In this document: piece after piece, positions 1-10,443 of the stretch
How the letters are laid out: every line of letters begins with the position of its first letter
Position numbering within the stretch: position 1 is the stretch's first letter
Assembly: GCA_046045965.1 (NCBI GenBank)
Contig: JBJOKS010000021.1
Span: 1 to 64,000, forward strand
Source: Cyanobacteriota bacterium
GTDB lineage: Bacteria; Cyanobacteriota; Cyanobacteriia; Cyanobacteriales; Nostocaceae
Reading direction: 5' to 3'
DNA: 64,000 nucleotides
Notes under the pieces: generated by a model
Told to the model about the DNA's origin: nothing
Databases searched by the model: none
Seen by the model: only the letters and a program-made list of their open reading frames with translations
Position numbers and translations under genes: made by a program

Positions 1-127
1 TGGCCGGCATCTTAGTGTACTGCTGAAAGACGATTATGATCGTCTAAGATTTATTTTGAGTCAAATCCACCCATAGGTATGATGGAAGTAGGGAATAGGG
101 AATAGTAATAACTGATAACTGTTTTAC

Positions 128-2293
128 ATGATGCCATTTGTGTCACAAGTTCTGACTCTAGACTCAACCTCCCAGGTTCTGGGAAAAGAGCCAATTGTTC
201 CCTTGGCTATTTTACTGCTAGTCATTTTCTTTATACCTATCCTCTTTGAACGGCTAAGACTGCCAGCATTAGTGGGTTTTGTGTGTTCTGGAGTTGTACT
301 AGGTCCATCCGGTTGGCACTTATTTGAGCCTGAATTGCCAATGATTACCTTGTTATCAGACATTGGGTTATTTTACTTGATGTTTATAACGGGATTAGAA
401 TTTAATATCCAAATTTTCCATCAACAGCAAAGTCGTTCCTTGGTATTTGGTACTTTGAGTTTCATTTTCCCCTTAATGCTAGGAACATTAGGAGGACGCT
501 TTTGGGAATTTGGTTGGCATAGCTCTATCTTAATGGGCTGCTTATTGGCTTCTCACTCTCTTTTGGCATATCCAATTATCAGTCGTTTGGGAGTAGCGAA
601 TAATAAGGCTATCACCATGACAATGGGAGCCACGATTTTTACAGATATCGGCGCACTGCTAATATTAGCTGTTTGTTTAGTCAGCTTTAATCGTGAGGAA
701 TTTAGCCTTCCTCAACTAATGACTATACTAGGCTGGGTAATAATATACTTCTTGATAGTTTTATTCGGTTTTGATTGGATCAGCAAAGAATTTTTTCGCC
801 GTTCTGGAGACGATGAGAGGAACAAGTTTTTATGTGTTCTGATGTCTATATTTCTCGCAGTTTGCATAGCTCAATGGATGGGTTTAACCAAAATTGTGGG
901 CTTTTTCTTAGCAGGTTTGGCGGTAAATGAAGCTATAGGCTCTGGACCGATTAAAGAAAAATTAGTGTTTATTGGCAGTGTGCTATTTATTCCTATTTTC
1001 TTTATTGACTTGGGTTTGCAAATTAATTTATATACTTTGTTTAATGGATACAACACCATTAAGTTATTATTAATTCTCCTGGGGTTGATGTCCAGCAAAT
1101 TTTTGGCTGCTGTGTTGGCGAAATTTGTTTATCGCTATAACTGGCAAGAAACACTAACTATTTGGTCTCTGTCTATTCCCCTAGTAGGTACTACTTTAGC
1201 AGTAGCTTTAGTCGGTTATCGTTCTGGGTTACTGTCTGTAGAAGTCTTAGATATTGTTATTATCTTGGTGCTGCTGACAGCGATGTTTGGACCTTGGCTA
1301 ACGAGTTTAGTAGTTGATAGTGGAGTTGGTGTAGCTTGTTCATCAATGGCAAAAGCTACACTCATTACTTTATCCCAACAGCATTTACAAACAGTAACAG
1401 CTAATTTTAATATAGTTGTACCTGTTTATAATCCTCAAACTCAAAAGTATTTGATTGAAATGGCGGCATTATTGGCTTGTCAATCCCAGGGTAAAATATT
1501 GCCTTTAGCGATCGCTCATGCTACTTCTCAAATGGATTCACCCCAGCTAGATGCAGATTGGCAGCGAAGTGAAAAGTTATTAGCAAAAGCTACGGCACAA
1601 AGCCAGCTATTGGGCGCACAAGCAGAACCAATACTGAGAATTGATGATGCTTTTGCTCCTGGAATTTGTAGGGCGGCTCGTGAACAAAAGGCCAATTTGA
1701 TTATCATGGGTTGGGGTAAACGTACTGGTTTGAGGGCGCGTTTATTAGGTAATGTGATCGATAACGTGCTTTGGGCTGCCCATTGTCCAGTAGCTGTGGC
1801 ACGTCTGGTAGAATCACCTAAAAGAATTCAGCGCATCCTCGTACCGATAGAAAACCTAATCACACCAACACTAACGGCTTTACAATTTGCTCAAACTTTG
1901 GCAGATGCGAATCAAAGCCAAATTACTGTATTAAATGTTTGCGTTAGCGAAGCTGGTCGAAGACATCGCCGCACCAGTTCTAGTCAAATCGCTGCTAGGC
2001 GATCGCATCTCTCCCAATTAGTATCTCACTTGGCTGTGCCAAATCCACCGGAAATTCAAATTATCACTCATGAAAATGTTGCTCAAGCGATTTTACAAGC
2101 TGCAAGATTGTATGATTTAGTGGTATTGCCTTTTATCCGCAATCGTACCAGCCCTGGAGGATTAGCCATTGGTGATGTCACAACCGAATTAGCGAGGCAA
2201 CTTACTTGCTCAATTATTATTCTTGGAGAACCACAACAAAATCACCAACTAGTTATGTCAAATAGCAACCTCACTAAAACAGCAGTTACGTAA
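128..2293 (+). CDS. Cation:proton antiporter (CPA2 family) with C-terminal universal stress protein domains
   Basis: N-terminal ~400 aa with many hydrophobic helices and CPA2-like motifs (LMFITGLE, TIFTDIGAL, FIPIFFIDLG). C-terminal USP-like segments (ANLIIMGW...LLGNVIDNVLWAAHCPVAV; RILVP). Confidence 0.88.
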   Translation: MMPFVSQVLTLDSTSQVLGKEPIVPLAILLLVIFFIPILFERLRLPALVGFVCSGVVLGPSGWHLFEPELPMITLLSDIGLFYLMFITGLEFNIQIFHQQQSRSLVFGTLSFIFPLMLGTLGGRFWEFGWHSSILMGCLLASHSLLAYPIISRLGVANNKAITMTMGATIFTDIGALLILAVCLVSFNREEFSLPQLMTILGWVIIYFLIVLFGFDWISKEFFRRSGDDERNKFLCVLMSIFLAVCIAQWMGLTKIVGFFLAGLAVNEAIGSGPIKEKLVFIGSVLFIPIFFIDLGLQINLYTLFNGYNTIKLLLILLGLMSSKFLAAVLAKFVYRYNWQETLTIWSLSIPLVGTTLAVALVGYRSGLLSVEVLDIVIILVLLTAMFGPWLTSLVVDSGVGVACSSMAKATLITLSQQHLQTVTANFNIVVPVYNPQTQKYLIEMAALLACQSQGKILPLAIAHATSQMDSPQLDADWQRSEKLLAKATAQSQLLGAQAEPILRIDDAFAPGICRAAREQKANLIIMGWGKRTGLRARLLGNVIDNVLWAAHCPVAVARLVESPKRIQRILVPIENLITPTLTALQFAQTLADANQSQITVLNVCVSEAGRRHRRTSSSQIAARRSHLSQLVSHLAVPNPPEIQIITHENVAQAILQAARLYDLVVLPFIRNRTSPGGLAIGDVTTELARQLTCSIIILGEPQQNHQLVMSNSNLTKTAVT
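1944..1964. mobile_element. 21-nt small dispersed repeat inserted in-frame into a HIP1 site
   Basis: GCG|TTAGCGAAGCTGGTCGAAGAC|ATCGC; removing the 21 nt restores GCGATCGC and keeps the reading frame. Confidence 0.75.
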
Positions 2294-2505
2294 GAAACTT
2301 GATATTTTTTGGAAGATTTGATGAAATATAATGCAAAATTGCACAATCCTTAGATTATAATCAATAATTTCGTACAGGATTTGTAGAAAAATTACTTAAT
2401 TTACTGAGAACTCTCTTCGTTAATTATCTATTATTGTACCGAAGCTGGGTAATCTAAAAATAAGGATAATACCCGTGAAAATGTCTGTAAAATAACTGGA
2501 AAACT

Positions 2506-3441
2506 ATGAGAATTTTGGTGACTGGCGGTGCTGGGTTTATTGGTTCCCATCTGATAGACCGATTAATGGCGGATGGACATGAAGTTATATGCTTAGATAA
2601 CTTCTATACAGGAAATAAGCTTAATATCCTGAAATGGTTAAATAACCCTTATTTTGAGATGATCCGTCATGATATCACCGAGCCAATTCGGTTAGAAGTG
2701 GATCAAATCTACCATTTAGCTTGCCCTGCGTCTCCGGTACATTATCAATACAACCCCATTAAAACAGTCAAAACCAACGTCATGGGAACACTGAATATGT
2801 TGGGGTTGGCCAAACGTGTGAAAGCGAGATTTTTGTTAGCTTCCACCAGTGAAGTCTACGGAGATCCAGAAGTCCATCCCCAAACAGAAGAGTATCGAGG
2901 TAGCGTCAATACCATTGGTATCCGTTCGTGCTACGACGAAGGCAAAAGAATTGCAGAAACTTTGGCATTTGACTACTACCGAGAAAATAAAGTCGATATT
3001 CGGGTGGCTAGAATATTTAACACCTATGGTCCACGGATGTTAGAAAATGATGGTCGGGTAGTCAGTAACCTGGTTGTGCAAGCATTACAGGGTATTCCTT
3101 TAACTGTATACGGTGAAGGTACACAAACTCGTAGCTTTTGCTATGTCTCTGACCTAGTTGAAGGTCTAATGAGGCTGATGAATGGTGATTACATAGGACC
3201 TGTAAATCTGGGTAATCCTGATGAATACACTATTTTAGAACTGGCACAGACAGTACAAAACATGGTCAACCCAGATGCAGAAATTAAGTTTGAACCCCTA
3301 CCTTCAGACGATCCCCGTCGTCGTCGTCCTGATATTACCAAGGCGAAAACTTGGTTAAATTGGGAACCTACCATTCCTTTACAAGAAGGGTTAAAACTGA
3401 CAATAGAAGATTTCCGTAAACGTATCCAAAGTAGTCATTAG
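2506..3441 (+). CDS. UDP-glucuronate decarboxylase / UDP-xylose synthase (extended SDR family)
   Basis: [11 protein letters not shown]ossmann motif, [23 protein letters not shown] (YxxxK), RIFNTYGP. Confidence 0.93.
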   Translation: MRILVTGGAGFIGSHLIDRLMADGHEVICLDNFYTGNKLNILKWLNNPYFEMIRHDITEPIRLEVDQIYHLACPASPVHYQYNPIKTVKTNVMGTLNMLGLAKRVKARFLLASTSEVYGDPEVHPQTEEYRGSVNTIGIRSCYDEGKRIAETLAFDYYRENKVDIRVARIFNTYGPRMLENDGRVVSNLVVQALQGIPLTVYGEGTQTRSFCYVSDLVEGLMRLMNGDYIGPVNLGNPDEYTILELAQTVQNMVNPDAEIKFEPLPSDDPRRRRPDITKAKTWLNWEPTIPLQEGLKLTIEDFRKRIQSSH

Positions 3442-3466
3442 TCATTAGTCATTAGTCATTAGTCAT
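3432..3466. repeat. STRR heptamer tandem repeat (TAGTCAT)x5
   Basis: Directly visible; overlaps the stop codon of the upstream gene. Confidence 0.9.
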
Positions 3467-3528
3467 TGGTTAACCCCTGAGCTAATGACAATGAATGACT
3501 CATTATAAAAAGACGAGGAGTTAAAGAA

Positions 3529-4920
3529 ATGCGTGTTTGTGTAATCGGGACTGGTTATGTGGGTTTAGTAACAGGTGCTTGCTTGGCTCATATAGGCCAT
3601 GATGTCATCTGCATAGATAACAACGAAGAGAAAGTAAAATTAATGAAATCTGGGCAGTCGCCAATTTTCGAGCCTGGACTTTCGGAAATTATGCAATCTG
3701 CCATCAATAGTGGCAATATTCAATTTTCTTCGGATCTAGCTGCGGGAGTTGCTCACGGGGAAATTCTGTTTATTGCTGTGGGAACACCTCCTTTACCTAA
3801 TGGTGAAAGTGATACCCGTTATGTAGAAGCTGTAGCTCGTGGTATTGGAGCTAATCTCAATGGCGGTTATAAAGTAATTGTTAATAAATCTACTGTACCC
3901 ATCGGTTCTGGTGATTGGGTGCGGATGATTGTCTTAGATGGTATTGCTGAACGCCAGAAATCATTGGTGGCAGCAGGTAGTTCATCTGCTGAGGAAAAAC
4001 CACCGGAAATTGCTGCTGAGTTTGATGTCGTTAGTAATCCAGAGTTTTTGCGGGAAGGTTCAGCTGTTTACGATACCTTTAACCCAGATCGGATTGTTTT
4101 AGGTGGGAACAGTCAACAAGCGATCGGGATGATGAAGGAACTTTATGCGCCAATTGTAGAACGCAAGTTTGCCGCAGATCAGTCTTTACCACCTGTACCT
4201 GTGCTGGTGACAGACCTGAGTTCAGCAGAGATGATCAAATATGCTGCAAATGCCTTTTTGGCAACCAAAATTAGTTTTATTAACGAAGTAGCAAATATTT
4301 GCGATCGCGTCGGTGCGGATGTTACCCAAGTAGCAAAAGGCATTGGTCTAGATTCCCGAATTGGTAACAAATTCTTGCAAGCAGGAATTGGTTGGGGTGG
4401 TTCTTGCTTCCCTAAAGATGTATCTGCCCTAATTCACACCGCTGATGATTATGGCTATGAAGCGCAACTGATGAAAGCTGCTGTGAGTGTGAATGAACGC
4501 CAGCGTTTAATTGCTTTGGAAAAACTGCAACAAGCGTTGAAAATCCTCAAAGGTAAAACTGTCGGACTACTCGGTTTAACCTTCAAACCAGATACGGACG
4601 ATTTGCGCGATGCTCCCGCACTCAACCTAATTGAACAACTCAACCGACTGGGAGCTAAAGTCAAAGCTTATGACCCAATTATTTCCCAAACAGGTATGCG
4701 TCATGGTCTTTCAGGAGTATTAGTAGAAACCGATGCCGAAAGACTGGCTGATGGCTGTGATGCTTTGGTACTCGTTACCGAATGGCAACAGTTCAACACT
4801 TTGGACTATGCAACAATGGCAAAATTAATGAACCACCCGGTCATGATTGATGGTCGTAACTTCTTAGACCCTGAAACAATGGTAAGGGCTGGGTTCCAAT
4901 ATGTAGGTGTTGGTAGATAA
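3529..4920 (+). CDS. ugd: UDP-glucose 6-dehydrogenase
   Basis: IGTGYVGL, IAVGTP, KSTVPIG, SNPEFLREG, KYAANAFLATKISFIN, GGSCFPKD, TFKPDTDDLR. Confidence 0.95.
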   Translation: MRVCVIGTGYVGLVTGACLAHIGHDVICIDNNEEKVKLMKSGQSPIFEPGLSEIMQSAINSGNIQFSSDLAAGVAHGEILFIAVGTPPLPNGESDTRYVEAVARGIGANLNGGYKVIVNKSTVPIGSGDWVRMIVLDGIAERQKSLVAAGSSSAEEKPPEIAAEFDVVSNPEFLREGSAVYDTFNPDRIVLGGNSQQAIGMMKELYAPIVERKFAADQSLPPVPVLVTDLSSAEMIKYAANAFLATKISFINEVANICDRVGADVTQVAKGIGLDSRIGNKFLQAGIGWGGSCFPKDVSALIHTADDYGYEAQLMKAAVSVNERQRLIALEKLQQALKILKGKTVGLLGLTFKPDTDDLRDAPALNLIEQLNRLGAKVKAYDPIISQTGMRHGLSGVLVETDAERLADGCDALVLVTEWQQFNTLDYATMAKLMNHPVMIDGRNFLDPETMVRAGFQYVGVGR

Positions 4921-4922
4921 AC

Positions 4923-5060
4923 GGTGATTGGGGACTGGGGACTGGGGGACTGGTGACTGGTGACTGGGTACTGGTGACTGGGGAAGAAGCAGGGGAGCAG
5001 GGAGCAGGGGGAAGTTATTTGTATTTTTCCCAATCACCTCTTCCCCAATCACCAATCCCC
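4923..5060. repeat. STRR cluster (GGGGACT/GGTGACT, GGGAGCAG, CCAATCA) between convergent genes; possible bidirectional terminator
   Basis: G-rich heptamers at 4923-5010 followed by complementary C-rich units (CCAATCACC, CCAATCCCC) at 5030-5060. Confidence 0.8.
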
Positions 5061-5061
5061 A

Positions 5062-5856
5062 TTAACCAGTACGAGGAATTCGTTCTATTTCTGCATATCC
5101 ACTAAAAATCAATCTTTGACCTTCGGTTTCTAAACGATTAAGTCGCATTTTTACGCCATCCAGGTCAAAGCGGTCTAAATCGACCATATTATCTAAAATT
5201 TCTACCAGTGCCATGCTTAAAGTTTGGGAAATTTCCCGCTGTGCTTCTGGTACTTGTTCTAGTTCAATTTTTGGATCTTTAAAAGAAACTCGTCGCCGTC
5301 TTTCAATACCGATGCTCAGAGTCATACTCAGGGGTATGACTTCACCTTTATTTAAGTCAGCTTTAGCTAGAAGATGTAAGCGATTTCCTGGTAATAATTG
5401 TATTTTAACGTCGGTAAAGGAAACTGGTTCACCACCTGAAATTGCCGTTAAAGCTGGCTCAGAAAGGTTGAGCAGTCGCTTTTTTACCAATTCTGCACCA
5501 AAAGCTTGATTAATACCTGCTTCTGATAATATTACTTGGGCTACTGCTTGGGTGGGTTGTTTAAGGTTGAGTTTGCCACTCAAAACCGAGCCAAAGTCAA
5601 TGGCGACTGCATCGGTTTCAAAAGACATTTCCTCTACTGCGAAGTCTTTACGAATGACTAAGCCACGACCGCTCATTTTAAAGCTATCAATGCTGCCTTG
5701 CAACAGTTTGCTGGAGGGATAGCAGCGCACAAAGACTTCTACTGACTCGCTCTGGGTAAACAGGTGGCGAATCGTTTGGCTGGCGACTGTGTTGAGCATT
5801 CGCTCTCCCCAATCTGTGCCTTTGGGATCTGTTAAACCAGTAAGTCCGCCTAACAT
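5062..5856 (-). CDS. DUF2993 / LmeA-like protein
   Basis: Resembles the conserved cyanobacterial family (KLLQGSIDSF...LKQPTQAVAQVILSEAGINQAF). ATG at 5856 preferred over the upstream TTG at 5898. Confidence 0.75.
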   Translation of the reverse strand: MLGGLTGLTDPKGTDWGERMLNTVASQTIRHLFTQSESVEVFVRCYPSSKLLQGSIDSFKMSGRGLVIRKDFAVEEMSFETDAVAIDFGSVLSGKLNLKQPTQAVAQVILSEAGINQAFGAELVKKRLLNLSEPALTAISGGEPVSFTDVKIQLLPGNRLHLLAKADLNKGEVIPLSMTLSIGIERRRRVSFKDPKIELEQVPEAQREISQTLSMALVEILDNMVDLDRFDLDGVKMRLNRLETEGQRLIFSGYAEIERIPRTG

Positions 5857-6185
5857 TAGGTTCTGGGTCTCTAGAAGTTCTTTGTACTTTTGTAACAAAT
5901 TGTGAACAATACTGCAAGCGATCCCCAGATTTATTGTTCTGATGAGTGTGAGCAGGATAACTGATGGTTTATAGTAAAATGTGTTTTATGATACTATTTT
6001 TGCTGTAAGAGGCGAATGTGTATAGGATTCAATTTTTATTCTGTACCTCGTTGATCTGTAATCTTCTGTAACAATGATGAATGTAGAAAGGGTTCGCTCG
6101 CACCCTTTTCACTCCAAACCAAATGTTATGCCTGTGGCTGGCTAAATCCACGCCTAGCCGACAAGCATCCTTCAAGCAAAAAACT

Positions 6186-6203
6186 AGCTTGCCAACAAGC
6201 TAC
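6186..6203 (-). terminator. Hairpin just downstream of the wzc stop codon
   Basis: TAGCTTG-CCAA-CAAGCTA perfect 7-bp stem, followed on the minus strand by a T-run. Confidence 0.55.
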
Positions 6204-6206
6204 TAT

Positions 6207-8435
6207 TTAGCTTCTTGCACTATCAGAACTATAGTAGTAATTGTAACTCGTGGCTTTTTGGTTATCCCCGTTAGCAACCACACCCAAGACATTAATAGGA
6301 GAGTTTCTCAGACTATCTTGAAGCTGCATCAGCGCCGACTTGTCTGTTTTGTCTATCCTTACCACCAGCAGCATACCATCTGTTTGAGGTGCTAGAAGTC
6401 TGGCATCAACTAACCCCATCATGGGAGGAGCATCATAAATCACCAAATCAAAATTTTCATTAAAGTATTCTATCAGTTGCTTCATCTTATCTGATGACAG
6501 CAACCTGCCGGGATCTGGTGGTGGCGGACCAGCAGTAATCACAGATAATAAATTCATATCAGGTAATTGTTGAATCACCTGCTCAACGGGAATATTCGAT
6601 GTTAAGACATTACTTAAACCGGAGAAATTTTTTAAACCAGATATTCTGTGAACTTGGGCGCGACGCAAATCACCATCAACAATCAATACTCTTTTACCCA
6701 AGGCTGCTGCTATTTGGGCGAGATGGAATGAAACAGTAGTTTTTCCGTCTCCGGGCATAGTGGAAGAAATTGTCAAAGAGCGAATAGGCTGATCAGAATT
6801 GAGCAACTGAATATTTGCATAAAGAACCTGTAAAGATTCCCAAAATAACCCTTGTCCATAATAGCTATTACCATAATAGCTACCACCCCGACTGCGACGA
6901 CGGAACAGATTAGACAACCAACTATTTCTTAGAGAAAGTTTGTCTGATTCAGGTTTTGAACCGCTGAGAGTGCGGTAAGCAGATTGATAACCTGTGATGC
7001 TTTTGTCTGTGGGAAGAGTTCCCAAGAAAGGTAGTTTAATTTTTTCCTTCAGGCTGGCAACAGTATGATATGTATTGTCCAGTTTTTCTAATAGGAAGGC
7101 TATACCAATACCTGCGGCTAAACTGCTGAACAATCCCATCAATAAATTCCGGGGTATATTTGGCAAAATAGGAGATTCACCTTGATTTGGAGCTTGTATT
7201 AATTCCCAGGGTAGTTCTGTTTGAGCTACTTGAATTACAAGGGTTTCACGGGCGGCTAAAAACCGGTTGAGACTCTCATTTGCCAACTGTAAATTCCGCT
7301 GAATTTCGCTGTATTGTCTGGCTAAGATGGGTAATTGCTGAAATTTTTCCTTCGTCTGCTTTTCTACTCTTGATAGTTCTTGACTTTGTACCTCTAGTTT
7401 CTGAATCACACTACCTGCTTCAGCTAATTTTAAACCTACATATCGCCTTTGCTCATCTTCTATGAGAGGCAAGAGATTTTGTCTTTTCTCTTCTAATACT
7501 GCTATGGATGGGCTATCTGGTTGAAAACGCACTAATTCTCCAGATAGCTGGGCTTCTAATTGCCTCAGCTGAGATATTAATTGACTATATATAGGGGCAG
7601 TATTTAATGTTGCCTCTTGTCCTTCTCGTGTTGATAGGCTGACATAACTAGCTCGTGCCGTAGCTAACTGTTGATCAATTGCTAGTCTTTCTTCTTCTAA
7701 TTTTTGGAGTTGTGCTGCGACAGTAATGGACTGGTTTTCTGGATCAACAAAGTTATATCTTTGTCGGAAAATTTGCAGCTGCTGTTGCAATTGAGCTACC
7801 CGATTTTTGATCGCAGGTAATTGTTTTTCTACGAACTGGACTCCTTGATTTAACTTAGTTTTACGTTTTTCTAAGCTGTATTCTAAATAGAATTTAGATA
7901 GTGTATTTAATACTAATTCAATTTTTTTGCGATCTGGGCTTTTATAACTTATTTCTATAATTTTTGTTGAACCTAAACGACGAATAGTTAAATTTCGGAT
8001 GAGTGAATTATAGGTAAGATCAGGATAGGAAGATTTTAACTTGGGCAGAACATCTTTCATCAGTTCTTGGCTTCTGAGAACCTGAATCTGACTTTCGTAG
8101 TCTAGATTAGATTTAGTAACACTAGAATCTGGTAGAGGTATTTGTCCTAATAAACTACTGTCACTATTAACAGGTTCGACTAAAATCTGAAAATTACCTT
8201 GATAAATCGTTTCTTCCTTCAGTGTCGAATAAATAACAGTAGACATTACCACAGAGACAACCCCTATGATAACTAATGCTCGGCGCTGGATAACAGCCAA
8301 GAAGTCTTTTAGATTCCCATCATCTTCCAGGGTTTCAAATGATGAAAAATTCTGAGGTGGCAATATTTCAGGTGTAATAATGACCCTGCCATTGTCATTG
8401 GGAACTGATAAACTGCTATAATTCTGATTTTTCAT
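6207..8435 (-). CDS. wzc: Wzc/GumC-family polysaccharide co-polymerase with BY-kinase domain
   Basis: Two TM helices around a coiled-coil periplasmic region; Walker A MPGDGKTT, VDGDLRR, IYDAPP; C-terminal Tyr cluster SYNYYYS. Confidence 0.9.
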   Translation of the reverse strand: MKNQNYSSLSVPNDNGRVIITPEILPPQNFSSFETLEDDGNLKDFLAVIQRRALVIIGVVSVVMSTVIYSTLKEETIYQGNFQILVEPVNSDSSLLGQIPLPDSSVTKSNLDYESQIQVLRSQELMKDVLPKLKSSYPDLTYNSLIRNLTIRRLGSTKIIEISYKSPDRKKIELVLNTLSKFYLEYSLEKRKTKLNQGVQFVEKQLPAIKNRVAQLQQQLQIFRQRYNFVDPENQSITVAAQLQKLEEERLAIDQQLATARASYVSLSTREGQEATLNTAPIYSQLISQLRQLEAQLSGELVRFQPDSPSIAVLEEKRQNLLPLIEDEQRRYVGLKLAEAGSVIQKLEVQSQELSRVEKQTKEKFQQLPILARQYSEIQRNLQLANESLNRFLAARETLVIQVAQTELPWELIQAPNQGESPILPNIPRNLLMGLFSSLAAGIGIAFLLEKLDNTYHTVASLKEKIKLPFLGTLPTDKSITGYQSAYRTLSGSKPESDKLSLRNSWLSNLFRRRSRGGSYYGNSYYGQGLFWESLQVLYANIQLLNSDQPIRSLTISSTMPGDGKTTVSFHLAQIAAALGKRVLIVDGDLRRAQVHRISGLKNFSGLSNVLTSNIPVEQVIQQLPDMNLLSVITAGPPPPDPGRLLSSDKMKQLIEYFNENFDLVIYDAPPMMGLVDARLLAPQTDGMLLVVRIDKTDKSALMQLQDSLRNSPINVLGVVANGDNQKATSYNYYYSSDSARS

Positions 8436-8999
8436 AAATTTGCATTAGATATTTTTTGAGGTATCTGTGATTATATTGCAGAATTTAGTTGAAGATTATA
8501 ATTTACTATTTCCCATCTTGTAGGTTTTACAACACTTTGCATACCTTGTTCAAGGAGATAGGGGGCAAGAGTCCGTTTTTGTAACGGGGATTTATACCCC
8601 CTCCAAAAACTTTTGGCCTTCAAAGGCGTTAGCGTAGCGGTACGAAGTCCGGTTTTAGACCCGATTGTTTCGATAATACTTATTTTTGATTTAACATAAG
8701 GTAATCCAAGGAAGTCAACAACAGTATTTATACGTTATTTATACGTTACTTATTCAGATGTATCAGGATTTGGGGTGTAATTTTTCTTTTTGGTGCTGTT
8801 ATATAGGCATATACTTAAGGTGAGGGTTTAATCAGTTACCTATTTCTCTCGGTATTGATTAATATTTTACACCCTATTTGAGCAGTTATTGATTTTATGC
8901 TTAAATTTATGCTTCAATTTATTTGCATTAACCAAAGGAAAAGGCAGGAAGAAAAATCTGCCTATTGTTAGAAGTAGTCAGCCTTTTACATGGGTGTAA

Positions 9000-9587
9000 T
9001 TATCTAGACGCATAAACTGGGGGATGAAAACGAGGGTTGAAGCTTGCTCCGGTACGACCTGATACAATCCACAACAGAGAGCGTCCACCATCGCGGACAA
9101 TGCGAACAATAGATTCTCTGGGTCGTTCTGTGGGAATGGAAATTGGGGTAAAGGTGATGCCTTGACTACCTAGAATCAAAGTGGCTATGGTTTTTGCTCT
9201 GGGTATATGAAAATCTGAAGTGATCAGGTAGATATGCTGGATATGATGTTTTTGGAAATCGTTAACGAGGGTAGTAAAGTTGGTAACTGTGTCAACGGCA
9301 CGGTAGTCAAGGTGAATACGCTCAGTGGGAATACTTGCATTCTCAAAAATAGCCAAGGCTTCGGCTTGGGGTGTACCACTGGAAACCCAAATGTCTAGAT
9401 GAGAATGTTCTTGAGCAAATTCGGCTGTAAATGTTTCTCGCTCTGTACCACCACCAAGGGTAAGGATCGCTTGGGGATGGGGGGCTTGGTAAGAGGCGAT
9501 CGCAATTCTGATAGGGATAATACCGATAAAAACCAGTAAAAAGCCTAATAGAGCAAGAAAGCAATATTTTTTTCTCAGTTTTCTCAT
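9000..9587 (-). CDS. YdcF/DUF218 (ElyC/SanA-like) family protein
   Basis: N-terminal TM, ILTLGGG, AVDTVTNF, LITSDFHIPRA. Confidence 0.88.
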   Translation of the reverse strand: MRKLRKKYCFLALLGFLLVFIGIIPIRIAIASYQAPHPQAILTLGGGTERETFTAEFAQEHSHLDIWVSSGTPQAEALAIFENASIPTERIHLDYRAVDTVTNFTTLVNDFQKHHIQHIYLITSDFHIPRAKTIATLILGSQGITFTPISIPTERPRESIVRIVRDGGRSLLWIVSGRTGASFNPRFHPPVYASR

Positions 9588-9668
9588 ATAGCATCAACTG
9601 AAATCAGCTTTTAGTCTACACGATTCTATCTAGAGGTTTATGTATTTCTAGATATAGACTTTTAGTCC

Positions 9669-10433
9669 TTATTTTAGTTTCTCTGCTTCTATTAAGTGGA
9701 TGCTCAGAAGAATTTCTGCTAGTACACGCTGTAAAGTATAGTACCAGCCATGCCAACCATCAAGAATTCCGCCTTTCAGGAAAAGACAATAAACCAATAT
9801 AATAAATGGTGCTAATATTTTTTGCTTACGGATGCGATCGCCTAAACTAAGTTCATTATTTGGTGTTTCTAAGATTTTTTTACTTTCAAGAATCATATAA
9901 CGATCCTGCGCCCATAGCCAACGACTTAAGGGTTTACGATCATCATGGTGAATGTATGCTGATAACTGAACAGAATTACCTTCTACGACAACTCTATGAG
10001 AGTGTCCATCATCTTGATAAGTTGCTTTTTCTCTTTTGTAAAGTATCTTTCTAGGTGGTAGCAAAGTACCACGTAAGGGTTTACCAAATACACAGTATTT
10101 GAATCTGACACTATAACTGTCTATATCTGAATCTATTGGTAGTTTTTCAATTTCATTAATTAAACCATCAGTTAATACATAATCTGCATCTAAAGATAGT
10201 ACCCATTCTGATGAAATTTTTCCTAATCCATAGTTGCATTGACCAGCAAAAGAATCAAATTTCCTGGCAAATACTTCTACTTGAGGATAGGAATACAAAA
10301 TATCTAAAGTCTCATCTGTACTATAACTATCAATGACAACAATTCTCTTTACCCAAGTTAAGCTTTGGAGGGTGCGCTTAATGTTAGGTGATTCATTATA
10401 GGTAAGAATAAGAGCGGTAATCTGTTCTAGCAT
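9669..10433 (-). CDS. Glycosyltransferase family 2
   Basis: LILTYNE, IDSYSTDET, WVLSLDADY. Confidence 0.9.
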   Translation of the reverse strand: MLEQITALILTYNESPNIKRTLQSLTWVKRIVVIDSYSTDETLDILYSYPQVEVFARKFDSFAGQCNYGLGKISSEWVLSLDADYVLTDGLINEIEKLPIDSDIDSYSVRFKYCVFGKPLRGTLLPPRKILYKREKATYQDDGHSHRVVVEGNSVQLSAYIHHDDRKPLSRWLWAQDRYMILESKKILETPNNELSLGDRIRKQKILAPFIILVYCLFLKGGILDGWHGWYYTLQRVLAEILLSIHLIEAEKLK

Positions 10434-10443
10434 TAGATTTCTA

